Shown: positions 1-10,302 of the stretch, in pieces
How the letters are laid out: each line of letters opens with the position of its first letter
How positions within the stretch are numbered: the stretch's first letter is position 1
Virus record (IMG/VR): IMGVR_UViG_2778261638_000005
Location: 6,684-70,683 of that record
DNA from: a virus
Taxonomy: Duplodnaviria; Heunggongvirae; Uroviricota; Caudoviricetes
Length of the DNA: 64,000 nt
Strand: one strand, 5' to 3'
The notes under the pieces: generated by a model
What the model was told of the DNA's origin: nothing
What the model saw: only the letters and a program-made list of their open reading frames with translations
Databases searched by the model: none
Made by a program: the position numbers and the translations under genes

Positions 1-492
1 CTAATCCCGCTTCCTGCGCCGTCCTGAAATCAACACCCTGTGCTGTCAGCCGTTCAAACTCAGAAAAACCCTGTAGAGAAGTTACCGCCGCAGCACCTCC
101 GACCGGACCACCGAGCGTTGTACCGACAACAGCCTGCCCGCCCATATCGAACAACCCATAAAGAACCTGCCCGGCGGTTCCGGTTGTCGCGGCATCAGGC
201 GTCAGCCGCTTAACCTGCTGCTCTGCTAGTTTTCTCTGCTCAGCAATGTATGAAACTGAAGTGTCATTGAGCGAGGTGTTTTCGTTAACAAACTGAGCAA
301 TCGGGGATACGATTTTATCCATCCCTGCCCATAGCAACTGATCTGGCTTTGCCACCAGCCCGGAGTACAAACCAGACAATGCCGCTCCTACAGCGTTGTC
401 GAAAAAACCAACATCGCTGTTAAAGCCAGCTGGATTTGATGCTGCTTCGTCAAGCTGCTGATTCTGGTTTACTGGATTAAGGCCAAAGTAAC
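1..492 (-). CDS. phage virion protein, N-terminal part (gene runs off the window start)
   Basis: ATG at 492 on minus strand, open to position 1; absent from ORF track because there is no in-window stop; Gly/Ala-rich; immediately follows the 837-aa virion protein. Confidence 0.4.
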
Positions 493-3006
493 TCATTGCG
501 GAATATCTCCGGAGAATCTCTGACGCTTCTGTGTCAGATTAAGAACAACGGGAGAACCATCATCTTTCAGCAGATAACCAGTACCAAGTTTCACCAGGTA
601 CTGACTATCGCCGTAACTTTGCAAACCATACTGACCAGGCGGTGTTTTTATCCCGGTGCCGACAACTTGTTCATTCCAAGCCTGATTAACCTGCTTATCG
701 AATTGCTCTGCAGACATTCCCCACGGCAAAAGGACATTCCCCATTCCGTTATAGTCATGCACGCCACCTGTAGCTACGTTAACAGCCTGTTTCCAGATAT
801 CAGTGTCAATTTCGCCTGATATCACGCCTTTTTTCGCCATCACACCAGCGTAATAGTCCTTTGCGATCTCGTATGCCATTGATGCCCCCTGAGCATCACC
901 AGCAAATGCATCCTTCACCATGTCAGAAAACTCAAGGCGAAGATCAGCATCTTTAGGCATCGGAATACCTTTCGCATCATCAGTACCTTTACGAGCCGCC
1001 GCGCCAGCAAGAATTGTCTGCGCAGCGGTTTCAGGAGACACGGAAACATCCGGATTAAACCAGTTTGTTTCTGCCAAAATACCACCAGGCTTGTCCATCA
1101 GTATCCCGGCAACGGCAGCAGATGGAGCGTTGGCACTGATCTGCTGTAGTGCTGACATATACACCTGCCCACCACCAGTGCTCTGCCTGATGGTATCGAG
1201 ATATGCTGCCTGTTGGGAAACTGGAGCATCACGAAAGAAAACACCGATCTGATTGGCCTCGTCTTTGGAAAAGAACGTCAGTGGAGTGCCATATGACTTA
1301 GCAAGGTCACTGATCTGAGCGGCACGCAAGGCAACGCTCTGTCCAAAGTTATCCTTATTGCTCATGTCGATAGGCTTTGCCTGTCCGGAGGCAAGAGAGA
1401 ACTGCACAGGATCCGACTGCCGCTGCTTTATCACCTGATTTGCAGCCGAAACAACGTTGTCATAAAGAGCTGCGCGAGACGCATAACCCTCTCCTGTCTC
1501 ACCAGTATCCGGGCGTAATTGCTCAACATATGCGGTAATGCTGCTTGTCGGCATGTTGCGGAAAGAGCCTATATACTGTCCGGCGATCTGCGTATTTCTG
1601 AACTCGGTATATCGCAGGTTTCCTTCTCTGACGCCATAAGCTGCAATAAAATCATCCTCACCAGGTGGGTTAGGAAATTCAACGCCACGCATATACGCAG
1701 CCGTCGCATCGCGAACCTTGCTGTCAATTATCGTTTTATATTCAGCCTGCTGCTGCCGACGCAGTTGATCCGCCTGTCGCATAAAACTTGCCTGAGCCTC
1801 AGGAGATGCCGCATCGAATGCTGCATTACCGGTATAGCGTTTGGTGTTGGTTGGAATTGTTGATAAACCAAGTGCTGCACTGACACCAGCAGTTAACTGC
1901 TGATCACTGTATGGCTGGCTACCGTTCTCATGATGGATAATGGCTGCACAAAGCGCCTTCAGGGTATCAGGATTAGATGCATCGAGAGGATCATCAGCAG
2001 AAACGCCAAGTTGTTCGCACACTGCTTTGATATACGACATAGTATCATTTTTATCAGTAGGCGGTGCCCAGCGATTAATTATCTCGCTGACGGTATCAAT
2101 ACCCTGCCTCTGATACGACATCAGGTTTCGCCCTAATGCACGAATCCCGTGTTCAGGTGTTTCGAATTTAGCAAATCGACCATCATCACCGGTCTGGCCT
2201 ACCCACGGATTAGTTTTGCTGTATTCGAGATTTCCTGGGTTATTGTTGCGTATGCCACGGGCACGCTCGGAAGAGTCACTATCTGCTACAGCACGGCGAG
2301 CTCCAGCAGCAGTATCACTTAACTCGCCATTATTTTGGATGAATGCGGTCGCATTGTTTGCCGACCACTGGGACAATGCGGCATCAGCAACCTTCTCTTT
2401 AAACTCGATTTTCTTGGCCTGGATTTGCTCGTCGCTCCAGCCATGCGCAATGCCGTAATCCTCAATTTGCTGGAAAGTTTGCTTATTAGCCAATACATAT
2501 GCGGCATTGTCGCCATACAATGCTGCGGCATTTTTACCATTATTCAGCAGCGTCGCCTGAAACTGACCTTCTTCGTAGGCATTAATTTGCCCTATCTCGT
2601 GCCGCCCGGCCTGCGTAGTGAACTGAATGCGCTGCTGCTGCGCCTGCTGCATGAAAGCATTACGAGTCTGTTCATCCGGCAGCGACATAGCCAGTTGCTC
2701 GACCTGGGCATCAAACTGCTGCGTATACTCCTGACCTTTTCCAATAGCATTTTTCCCTTTCAGGTTAAGCAAACCTGTTTCAGGGTTATTCAGCAGATCG
2801 CTGCTTATCTGGCTTAAGCTAAGAGAAGCATCCTGAGCCATAGCAACATTCGCACGCTGTTTTGCCTGCGCAATAATACCTGCATATTGCTCTGCAACAT
2901 CGCCAAGTACATCACCGACATTTGGTGTCTGAAACGATGAGAATCCCTGCGTCGAAATCCCTCTGCTCTGAACCTGACGGCCCGATGTTGTTGGTACAAC
3001 TGGCAT
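493..3006 (-). CDS. large internal virion / ejection-type protein with possible muralytic motif
   Basis: 837 aa, Gln/Ala-rich; central NNNPGNLEY...GIRALG motif; distal position in a podovirus-like structural module. Confidence 0.45.
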   Translation of the reverse strand: MPVVPTTSGRQVQSRGISTQGFSSFQTPNVGDVLGDVAEQYAGIIAQAKQRANVAMAQDASLSLSQISSDLLNNPETGLLNLKGKNAIGKGQEYTQQFDAQVEQLAMSLPDEQTRNAFMQQAQQQRIQFTTQAGRHEIGQINAYEEGQFQATLLNNGKNAAALYGDNAAYVLANKQTFQQIEDYGIAHGWSDEQIQAKKIEFKEKVADAALSQWSANNATAFIQNNGELSDTAAGARRAVADSDSSERARGIRNNNPGNLEYSKTNPWVGQTGDDGRFAKFETPEHGIRALGRNLMSYQRQGIDTVSEIINRWAPPTDKNDTMSYIKAVCEQLGVSADDPLDASNPDTLKALCAAIIHHENGSQPYSDQQLTAGVSAALGLSTIPTNTKRYTGNAAFDAASPEAQASFMRQADQLRRQQQAEYKTIIDSKVRDATAAYMRGVEFPNPPGEDDFIAAYGVREGNLRYTEFRNTQIAGQYIGSFRNMPTSSITAYVEQLRPDTGETGEGYASRAALYDNVVSAANQVIKQRQSDPVQFSLASGQAKPIDMSNKDNFGQSVALRAAQISDLAKSYGTPLTFFSKDEANQIGVFFRDAPVSQQAAYLDTIRQSTGGGQVYMSALQQISANAPSAAVAGILMDKPGGILAETNWFNPDVSVSPETAAQTILAGAAARKGTDDAKGIPMPKDADLRLEFSDMVKDAFAGDAQGASMAYEIAKDYYAGVMAKKGVISGEIDTDIWKQAVNVATGGVHDYNGMGNVLLPWGMSAEQFDKQVNQAWNEQVVGTGIKTPPGQYGLQSYGDSQYLVKLGTGYLLKDDGSPVVLNLTQKRQRFSGDIPQ

Positions 3007-3018
3007 CTTATTATCCCC

Positions 3019-3558
3019 TTATCGACCGGTTGGAGTGCCAACAGCAGCAGAAATCGGCGCAGCCTTCTGAGAGAATGGGCTCCACGTTCCTCCGCCCATC
3101 TGGTATGCACCGTATGCTTTTAGTGGTGCCGTTAACAAAGTGCTGGTCATCGATGATTTAGCAGCCGACTGAGCAGCAGCCCCCTGTGCCTGAGCATTCA
3201 TTCCCTGAACCTGATACCCATATGCCTCACGCTGAGCATTATTCACTGTCGTTAACGCATCAAGAGTGCCGAACTGAGCATTATCCGCAAAAACGTCAAG
3301 AGCTGTTCCGCTACTTAATTCCGCACCGGTAGCCCCCATAGTGGCCGCCGCAGTGCCTGAGCGTTGACGCATTTCACGACGACGCTGATCCGCTTCAATA
3401 TTCCCACGATTGATTGAATCCTGTGCCTGAGCTTCAGCAATTTCAGTATTCCGATCAGCTATGGCTGACTGGTATTTTGCCTGCTTGCTCTGGCTGTACA
3501 TTGACGCGGCTGTGGATGCCACTGTGACGGCAACCAAAGCGATGGCTGGGTTACACAT
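3019..3558 (-). CDS. putative internal virion protein
   Basis: 179 aa, N-terminal hydrophobic segment then Ala/Gln-rich region; structural-module position. Confidence 0.35.
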   Translation of the reverse strand: MCNPAIALVAVTVASTAASMYSQSKQAKYQSAIADRNTEIAEAQAQDSINRGNIEADQRRREMRQRSGTAAATMGATGAELSSGTALDVFADNAQFGTLDALTTVNNAQREAYGYQVQGMNAQAQGAAAQSAAKSSMTSTLLTAPLKAYGAYQMGGGTWSPFSQKAAPISAAVGTPTGR

Positions 3559-4022
3559 TATTTTCTCTCCATGTGAAATCTGTGGAAATTAAGACCAAGA
3601 GCACCATAAGGCGCGGCTTCTTCAAGCCTGAATCCAAGCCAGTGCAGCCATGCTTTGGCAACATGGTTTCGCTCGTCGACGTAGTTTTCCAGGCGCGGAT
3701 AAACTGCCAGCATCTGCTGCAATACAGGGCGGCAGTGGCGAAGAAATGTCTTCTGATATTTTTCAATACGGCTGGTTCCGACCAGCCAGGGCGTACCATT
3801 GCCACCAATCATTGACGCCGGAGATACACCAAACATGGTTACCAGTTCTCCGTTTGCAAATCCTGACCAGGCCATGGTCGCAGTGCGCAGACCAACACGC
3901 AGCGCATCTTCGGTAGTCATCAGCGATACAGCATACAGTTCGTCAATATCAGCCTGACGAACATCCGGCAAAATCATCTGAAGATGCTCTTCGGTTGCGG
4001 GAATAATTTGAACATCGATCAT
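3558..4022 (-). CDS. hypothetical protein, structural module
   Basis: 154 aa ORF, translationally coupled to neighbours. Confidence 0.35.
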   Translation of the reverse strand: MIDVQIIPATEEHLQMILPDVRQADIDELYAVSLMTTEDALRVGLRTATMAWSGFANGELVTMFGVSPASMIGGNGTPWLVGTSRIEKYQKTFLRHCRPVLQQMLAVYPRLENYVDERNHVAKAWLHWLGFRLEEAAPYGALGLNFHRFHMERK

Positions 4023-6493
4023 CAGAATCCCCCAACAGTAAGGCGAGGAATAACGGCAAGAACAGACAGCGGCAACGGATCAAGCTGACGGATTTTTACA
4101 CGTCCGTTTTTGCCCCAGTTACTGTCCAGTTTCACTTCTACTTTTCCGGTAGCGTCATCAACAGGATCATCGTAGAACTCGAATTCACGCTGTGGATATT
4201 CGTACCATTTACCGCCGGGAGTAGTCGCCCAGATGCCGCGACTGGCATTCACAACCAGAGTAACGGACGGGATCACCTGTTTTTTGTCCAGCAGCGTTTC
4301 CTGTCCGTTAATGTTGATATCCAGTGTTTCGAATTCAGCAGTTATTGGCAGGCCGATGTGCACTACAGCCCCTGGTGATTCAAGCGTGACGGCACCTCCG
4401 GAAACTACTTTCTGTGGTTCCACGTTCGCATCAGAGAGGATGTTTACGGTCTGACCTTCAAGATGAGACAAGCCGCCAAATGCCCGGCGCGCCATCTGCC
4501 AGTTCGTGGTGGCCACATTCCTGAGGGATGGCGGGACGTTCCTGTTAGCACGAACCACTACAGCGGTGTTGCTGGTTACAGAAATAATGTCGCAACGTAA
4601 TTCTTTTGACACTTCATCGCCAGTATCAGGATCAGTTCCGGTATAAGGGAACTGTAGTTGCGCACCGACATCACTACTGGTGAAGTACGCACCACCAGAA
4701 ATACTGATTGTATATTCCGCGCGGTAATCCCATTCGCCAGAACCACCAGTGATGGTCATCGTTCTGTCAGACGTATTTCTTCCATCATAGCTAAGGCCAG
4801 AATCAACAAAGAAAGCATCTTCATCGCTGGTAAATAAACGGCTGGACAGCCGCTCGATGTATCTCACTGTTTGCCCGTTAACGGTTCGGTTAACGACGAA
4901 ATACACCGCATCTTCATTGCCTTCGCTGATACTGCATGTGCTTTCATATTTTCCGGTACTGGATTGTGGTGCCCATGCAAAAACCTGCTGATCACGCAAA
5001 TAGGTCATCACCAGTAATTTACCGTCATCACGAATGCAGAAGGCGCTGGAGTAAGGGACAATAGAGAAGCACCAGTCAACAATGCTGTGCTTCTGAAAAA
5101 GATGATTGGCAAGGATGGTCAGGTCGTTCCCCTGATAGCCGTCAACATCGAATGAGTAGGCCAAATCACGGACAACACTGCCTTTCTCCTGGACGAACAG
5201 AGCAATATTCGCCACGGCAATTGGTGGGACATTGCTCGAGCCATTTGATCCCTGAGAGCTGAATGCAAATGATGATGGGGTTAACACTTTGTTCTGGTCG
5301 CCGGTGATGACGTACTCACCTCCGGAAGTCAGTGCCACCAGCGAACCGACATCAATCAGGTGGCGGATCTCATTAACCTGACGCCCGGCATAGGTGTAGA
5401 TAATTCTGTCGTCATCCTGCGTAGGATTGCTTTTGCCAAAATCCTTATAATCCCCGGTACGGCTGGCCCAGATAGTCTGAGGGAACGCAGTCGATGCGGC
5501 GAAGTAAAGACGTTGTTGATAATAAACAACAGTGCCAGGATAACCATTAACACTGTTCCAGGTATATTTAGCCCATTTATAGCTGGCATTATCCTCGCCA
5601 ACTACCTGCGAAGGGATATAGGAAATCACCTCGGCAGTTGCAGTAGTTCCATTTGCAGCAGTGATACGGGCAATGCCAAAACCACTGTGCAGATATTCCC
5701 ACTCAATGCCAGTATCATCATCACCGGATCCGCCCCAGCCATCCCATGATGTGCCTTCTGTATGCGAAGGGCGCAAAGTACCTGTTTTGCCTGCTGTAAC
5801 GGCGCGATAGTAGTTACTGTCTGCACGGCGAATATCGCCAATCGACGTACTCTTACTGGTTTCCCATACCGGCACTGAATCCACTGCAGGCTGTTCCAGA
5901 TAGAACAATTTTCCTACCTGCTCCGCGCCAAAAATAGAGGCGCTTGCCGTTAACGTAATTGTCCCGGTGCTGGCGCTGGCATAAACCGTCACTGACTCGT
6001 CAATATTGATATCTTCAAATGGCCCGTTCTTCGTTACCACATCAACCAGTTGCCAGTTGTCATGAGCATATCGGCGCAACTCTTTCGGCGGGTATGCCGG
6101 GTGAACCAGCGTAAGCACGTCGGCGCTTTGCGTGAATTTAATTCGGAACAGATCGGCTTCAGTATATGGCGTGGCAATTTCATAAATAACATTGCTGCTG
6201 TTCAGCACCAACGCACCATCTTTGATAACGCGCATGTACTGGTGTCCGAACTCCAGAGCATAGGTCTGAACCGTCGAGAACTGGAACGGGATCAGGCGGC
6301 ATTTCCGATTTGGGTATTTGGCGGCACCGACAAAACGCGTACCAGGTCGATTCTCAACGCCGCCATACTGCCGCACGATAAAGTTATCGCACTTGCGCAA
6401 TGCCACCTGGTACTTCGCCATGTCAATACGCCCGTACAACGACGGTCCAATCTCACCACCGGCAAAGCTGGGCTGGATCCAACTGATAGCCAT
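4022..6493 (-). CDS. tail tubular protein B-like (nozzle) protein
   Basis: 823 aa, directly after a tail tubular A-like gene; size and order as in T7-like gp11-gp12. Confidence 0.45.
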   Translation of the reverse strand: MAISWIQPSFAGGEIGPSLYGRIDMAKYQVALRKCDNFIVRQYGGVENRPGTRFVGAAKYPNRKCRLIPFQFSTVQTYALEFGHQYMRVIKDGALVLNSSNVIYEIATPYTEADLFRIKFTQSADVLTLVHPAYPPKELRRYAHDNWQLVDVVTKNGPFEDINIDESVTVYASASTGTITLTASASIFGAEQVGKLFYLEQPAVDSVPVWETSKSTSIGDIRRADSNYYRAVTAGKTGTLRPSHTEGTSWDGWGGSGDDDTGIEWEYLHSGFGIARITAANGTTATAEVISYIPSQVVGEDNASYKWAKYTWNSVNGYPGTVVYYQQRLYFAASTAFPQTIWASRTGDYKDFGKSNPTQDDDRIIYTYAGRQVNEIRHLIDVGSLVALTSGGEYVITGDQNKVLTPSSFAFSSQGSNGSSNVPPIAVANIALFVQEKGSVVRDLAYSFDVDGYQGNDLTILANHLFQKHSIVDWCFSIVPYSSAFCIRDDGKLLVMTYLRDQQVFAWAPQSSTGKYESTCSISEGNEDAVYFVVNRTVNGQTVRYIERLSSRLFTSDEDAFFVDSGLSYDGRNTSDRTMTITGGSGEWDYRAEYTISISGGAYFTSSDVGAQLQFPYTGTDPDTGDEVSKELRCDIISVTSNTAVVVRANRNVPPSLRNVATTNWQMARRAFGGLSHLEGQTVNILSDANVEPQKVVSGGAVTLESPGAVVHIGLPITAEFETLDININGQETLLDKKQVIPSVTLVVNASRGIWATTPGGKWYEYPQREFEFYDDPVDDATGKVEVKLDSNWGKNGRVKIRQLDPLPLSVLAVIPRLTVGGF

Positions 6494-7098
6494 CAGGACA
6501 ACCTCGCAATGGTAAACTCATCAACCGGTGGCTGTGGTTCCTGTGATTCATTCTGGCTATGCGAGCCAGCACTAAGAATCACGCGATTGTACATATTGAG
6601 GGCAAACGTACCGAGGTCTGCATTCCCAGTCAGCGCCATGTTAATAGCTGCCGCAAGACGCCAGGCCAACGCCTCCATAAAAATGGCATCAAACATGTTC
6701 ACATCTGTAACGCGAGAGACATACTTGAGCCATGCCTGAGGCTGGTCTGTGTAGATCAACTTTCCTGTTCCGTTGGTGTCTGCACCAACTTCGTACTGAA
6801 CGCGCATTGCTGCTGTTGGATTGCGTACACCAGGAAGCATAATTTCAGTAATGCGCAGACAATCGGACGGGTACTGATACGCATATTCCCAGTCAGGCGG
6901 TGGATTGCTCGTATCTGCAAGCGACACGCGTTTGGTAGCAAAGTTCCAGTCAAAATCAGAAAGCACAGCATCACGGCAGGCCTCAAAGTGCAGCGAACAT
7001 TCCCCCGCTTCCTTGCTGGCTTCCGTCAGGCTGTTAATGCTGCGGCTATTGCCAATATTGGACAGCGCACGATTGCAGATCTCTACTACAGAGGCCAT
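6493..7098 (-). CDS. tail tubular protein A-like (adaptor) protein
   Basis: 201 aa; N-terminal LSNIG...SL pattern recalls T7 gp11; follows the capsid genes. Confidence 0.4.
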   Translation of the reverse strand: MASVVEICNRALSNIGNSRSINSLTEASKEAGECSLHFEACRDAVLSDFDWNFATKRVSLADTSNPPPDWEYAYQYPSDCLRITEIMLPGVRNPTAAMRVQYEVGADTNGTGKLIYTDQPQAWLKYVSRVTDVNMFDAIFMEALAWRLAAAINMALTGNADLGTFALNMYNRVILSAGSHSQNESQEPQPPVDEFTIARLS

Positions 7099-7427
7099 TA
7101 CTCACCCCCATTGCCGTACAGGGTTTCAGCCGCTGATTTTTCTACATCCCCGGAAACAGGAGCGATCGCCATATCAGTGATCTGCAGATCGGCGCTGCGA
7201 TTAACACCATCGTCAGTTTCTCTGGCAGACAGGCCTCGAATAACAGCCTTTGCAGTTATCATCACTTCTGTTCCGACGCCCTGAGGTTGCGCCTTCAGCT
7301 TATTCAATGTGTCGTTATTAAGAGTGATGCACAGCCCCCACGGGTATTCATCGCGAGTTCTGGTTTCTCCGCTCTCATCCTGGTAGCTGTCAGTGCCGGT
7401 TTTGAGGTTTACGAGTTCCATATACAC
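7098..7427 (-). CDS. hypothetical protein
   Basis: 109 aa ORF in structural module. Confidence 0.35.
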   Translation of the reverse strand: MYMELVNLKTGTDSYQDESGETRTRDEYPWGLCITLNNDTLNKLKAQPQGVGTEVMITAKAVIRGLSARETDDGVNRSADLQITDMAIAPVSGDVEKSAAETLYGNGGE

Positions 7428-7436
7428 TCCTGCAAT

Positions 7437-7455
7437 AAAGGGGCCGAAGCCCCTT
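7437..7455 (-). terminator. candidate stem-loop terminator after capsid-proximal genes
   Basis: GGGGC-N4-GCCCC hairpin followed by TTTATT on the minus strand, intergenic between two minus-strand genes. Confidence 0.3.
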
Positions 7456-7471
7456 ATCTGATTCGCGAGGC

Positions 7472-7816
7472 TTACACGCCCAGTTCTTTACGCTTATCTG
7501 CGATCTTCTCGCGGAGCGTTTCGGCTTTGGCGTTATGGTGTGGCTTCTCGTTAAAGAGCAATTCGTACTCTTCACGGAGCTTATCCAGTTCACCATCATC
7601 TGACACATCGTTGATGATTTTGGTGCTGGTTGCTGCCATAGACACCTTTCCTGCTACCTTTGCTTTTGCCTGTCTGGCTGCATCGTTAACAGGTTCCAGT
7701 GCGCTACCAGGCTCACCTTCGTATTCGATTTCTGCCCCCTCCGGCCACAGTGTGTTATGGATATGAGAGAGGCGCAGAACGCGGTATCTTGGTTTCTCAC
7801 CTGACATCGATATCAC
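7472..7816 (-). CDS. hypothetical protein
   Basis: 114 aa ORF, charged C-terminus. Confidence 0.35.
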   Translation of the reverse strand: MISMSGEKPRYRVLRLSHIHNTLWPEGAEIEYEGEPGSALEPVNDAARQAKAKVAGKVSMAATSTKIINDVSDDGELDKLREEYELLFNEKPHHNAKAETLREKIADKRKELGV

Positions 7817-7817
7817 C

Positions 7818-8255
7818 TTAACCAGTTACTTTTGAGCGGATCGGATACGGCGTATTGGCATCAACATCAAGACTGATACCAGCAGTGAATTCGCCAGCCG
7901 TTAGTGGGCCAGTTGCGACGGAGTAGTTAACACGCAGATATCGCTTAACACCGGCAGGCACCTTTGCAGAAACAATTCGTTTACCTGCTGTCAGGGCGGT
8001 CTTTGCCAGTGCGCCACTATCATAAATAGTGGTCCATGAGCTGTTATTCTCACTCGTCTGCAACTGGATGTTTACAGTTGCATCACCGCTTGCCGCGGCG
8101 GCTGTGTTAACCAGCGCCCAAAACTCAAGCGGGTAACCCACGCCGATATCACGATGTTTTCCGTCAATTGGACCGAGATCGATTACGTCAGTAGAAGCCG
8201 CGGTATTCGTAACCGCCTGAGCTTCGGAGAACATCAACAGTTTGTCGGTGATCAT
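7818..8255 (-). CDS. putative head decoration / accessory capsid protein
   Basis: 145 aa, Thr/Ala/Ser-rich beta-type composition, immediately downstream of major capsid gene. Confidence 0.3.
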   Translation of the reverse strand: MITDKLLMFSEAQAVTNTAASTDVIDLGPIDGKHRDIGVGYPLEFWALVNTAAAASGDATVNIQLQTSENNSSWTTIYDSGALAKTALTAGKRIVSAKVPAGVKRYLRVNYSVATGPLTAGEFTAGISLDVDANTPYPIRSKVTG

Positions 8256-8306
8256 CTTCTTTCTCCATTAGTGGGTCTGTTACGACCCACAGGTTAATAA
8301 CAGGCG

Positions 8307-9299
8307 TTACACCACGCGGGCTTCTGTTTCCAGAAGCGCATCAGTTTCACGGATTGGTACACCACGGAATGAAGTCCACCACTCGCCTTCTGTCTCTTTT
8401 ACGCTGATCGCCAGAGATGTTTTCTCCAGAGATTGCAGATCAAGAGCCTGGCCTACAGTGCGGTTCATGTAGAACACTGGGCGCCCCATGCCACGGTTTG
8501 GAATGCGATGCAGTGCTTTAACCATCAACTTCGCAATATTTGCGGCAGAGGAAGGTTCTGAAAGATTGCTGACATCGATGTTTGCAATGCGAACGACATA
8601 ACGCCAGTCACGCAGAGCAAGTCCGTTATCCCATTTGTAATGGGTACGGTAGCCTTCGTACTTGCCGCCATTAGCATCTTCCAGTGTCACTTGGCCTTTA
8701 TCTTCCATCTGAATGCCAGCCTTCTGCCCTTTCGGGAAGATGCCATGCACGGTGTTTTCGCCCCACACCACTAACCAGATTGAGGTGTTATCTGTACCCG
8801 TGCCACCAGCATCAATGATGTTCTGAGCATTACCCGCAGACAGGCTGGAATAGCGGGAGGACAGTCCCATAAACTGCTGAGGGTTAACGCTGGAATCACC
8901 ATAAAACAGCGTCTGCGCCATCTGCTGATTCATCGCTTCAATAAATGCTCGGTCTTCAGACAGGCGGAATTCGGCGGTATTGCCGTTCAGATCAGCCAGT
9001 GACTTATCGACCTCAGCATAGGTTTCCAGCATGCCAACGGAATCGGTGACCTGCACTGTGGTTGATTTGCTTGGCTGTACGCCATAGTTCAGCAAACGCC
9101 AGGTAGCTGAAGGTAAACCAGAACGAATGGTGGTTCGGTGTCCGGTAGGAAGGTTCCCTTCGACAAAAGGCATATCCTGAAGGATCGGGTTAGTTTGACC
9201 GAGAAGCTCGATAATCTTATCGACTTTCCCGTTTGGATCGACGCGCTTACCCCAGTCAGCCAGCGTTAGCGCAGTTAAGCCTTTAACAGCCATTGTCAT
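8307..9299 (-). CDS. major capsid protein
   Basis: 330 aa ORF between scaffold and tail genes; typical size and position. Confidence 0.65.
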   Translation of the reverse strand: MTMAVKGLTALTLADWGKRVDPNGKVDKIIELLGQTNPILQDMPFVEGNLPTGHRTTIRSGLPSATWRLLNYGVQPSKSTTVQVTDSVGMLETYAEVDKSLADLNGNTAEFRLSEDRAFIEAMNQQMAQTLFYGDSSVNPQQFMGLSSRYSSLSAGNAQNIIDAGGTGTDNTSIWLVVWGENTVHGIFPKGQKAGIQMEDKGQVTLEDANGGKYEGYRTHYKWDNGLALRDWRYVVRIANIDVSNLSEPSSAANIAKLMVKALHRIPNRGMGRPVFYMNRTVGQALDLQSLEKTSLAISVKETEGEWWTSFRGVPIRETDALLETEARVV

Positions 9300-9307
9300 T
9301 TCCTCTC

Positions 9308-10009
9308 TTATTTGCCATAGAGCACTTCGGCCGCACTACGCTGGCCTTCATTACCACCGGTGACCATGCCATCTTCAGACATCGCCTTTCCGATTTTCAC
9401 GAACGTTTTGACCAGATCAGGGTGATTACCCAGCCCGGTGGCGTTCAGATACTCTTTGAGTTCAGGTGTCCCGAACTGGTCAAGCGCACGCTGTGCGGCG
9501 CTAAGGTTAGAAATCAACTTGTCGCCACCGATTTCTTTGTCAGCTTTTACATCCGCAGCCCACTGCTCGGTTGTTTTCTGCCAGGCTTCTGCCTGGCGCT
9601 GCTGAACACCTGCCAGAATCTTCGGATAAGCATCAACCAGCTTTTGCGCTTGCTCGTTGGTCAGGTTAAGTTCTCGCGCCACCGGCTCGAATTCCTTCAA
9701 CGCTTCTGTATCCAGCTCTACGCCTTCGGCAGCCTGAAACTCGTACTTCTCAGGCGCACCCTCCGGTTTATCGCCGTCCTTTTTTTCACCCTGCTTATCG
9801 CTTTCAGGCTTTTTGTCATCAGCAGGTTTATCGCCATCAGCAACAGGTTGTGTCTTATCACCTTCCTGTTGTGATGGATCACCAACTGGAGCAGGGTTAT
9901 CACCTGCAGGCGCTGACGGTTCTGACGCAGCCGGAGCTGCTCCACCATCGACTGGTTGCTCATTGCAAAGACGGCGATACAGCAAACGCTCAAATAAATT
10001 CATGATCAC
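9308..10009 (-). CDS. scaffolding protein
   Basis: 233 aa, highly acidic low-complexity N-terminal half (D/E/K/P-rich), between portal and capsid. Confidence 0.55.
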   Translation of the reverse strand: MIMNLFERLLYRRLCNEQPVDGGAAPAASEPSAPAGDNPAPVGDPSQQEGDKTQPVADGDKPADDKKPESDKQGEKKDGDKPEGAPEKYEFQAAEGVELDTEALKEFEPVARELNLTNEQAQKLVDAYPKILAGVQQRQAEAWQKTTEQWAADVKADKEIGGDKLISNLSAAQRALDQFGTPELKEYLNATGLGNHPDLVKTFVKIGKAMSEDGMVTGGNEGQRSAAEVLYGK

Positions 10010-10302
10010 TCCTGTTCACTGGCCTCTTTGGCCATCTTCAAATACTGTTCAGGGCAATGCGCCATAACGCGCTGAAACAGTTCCAGCGCCAGATTGCGTT
10101 GCCCCTCATTAAATGCCATTGCCATAGCGTCCATCGGTGAGATAGCGGAAAACACACGGCCTTTCTCCAGCACCGACCAGACAACGCGACGCCCCTGTTC
10201 ACTGCTCATGACAAAGCGAATGTCATCAATTTCACGCTGCGCCATGTCACGTTGCTTACGGGCGTTTTCTTCTTTCAGTTGATCGTCTTCGTAATCTGTC
10301 AT
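10006..10302 (-). CDS. hypothetical head-module protein
   Basis: 98 aa ORF overlapping portal stop and scaffold start. Confidence 0.4.
   Translation of the reverse strand: MTDYEDDQLKEENARKQRDMAQREIDDIRFVMSSEQGRRVVWSVLEKGRVFSAISPMDAMAMAFNEGQRNLALELFQRVMAHCPEQYLKMAKEASEQE

Noticed and set aside
6050-7284. 229-aa and 241-aa plus-strand ORFs
   Set aside because: Antisense to the tail-tubular-like genes, no ribosome-binding site or motif; shadow ORFs.
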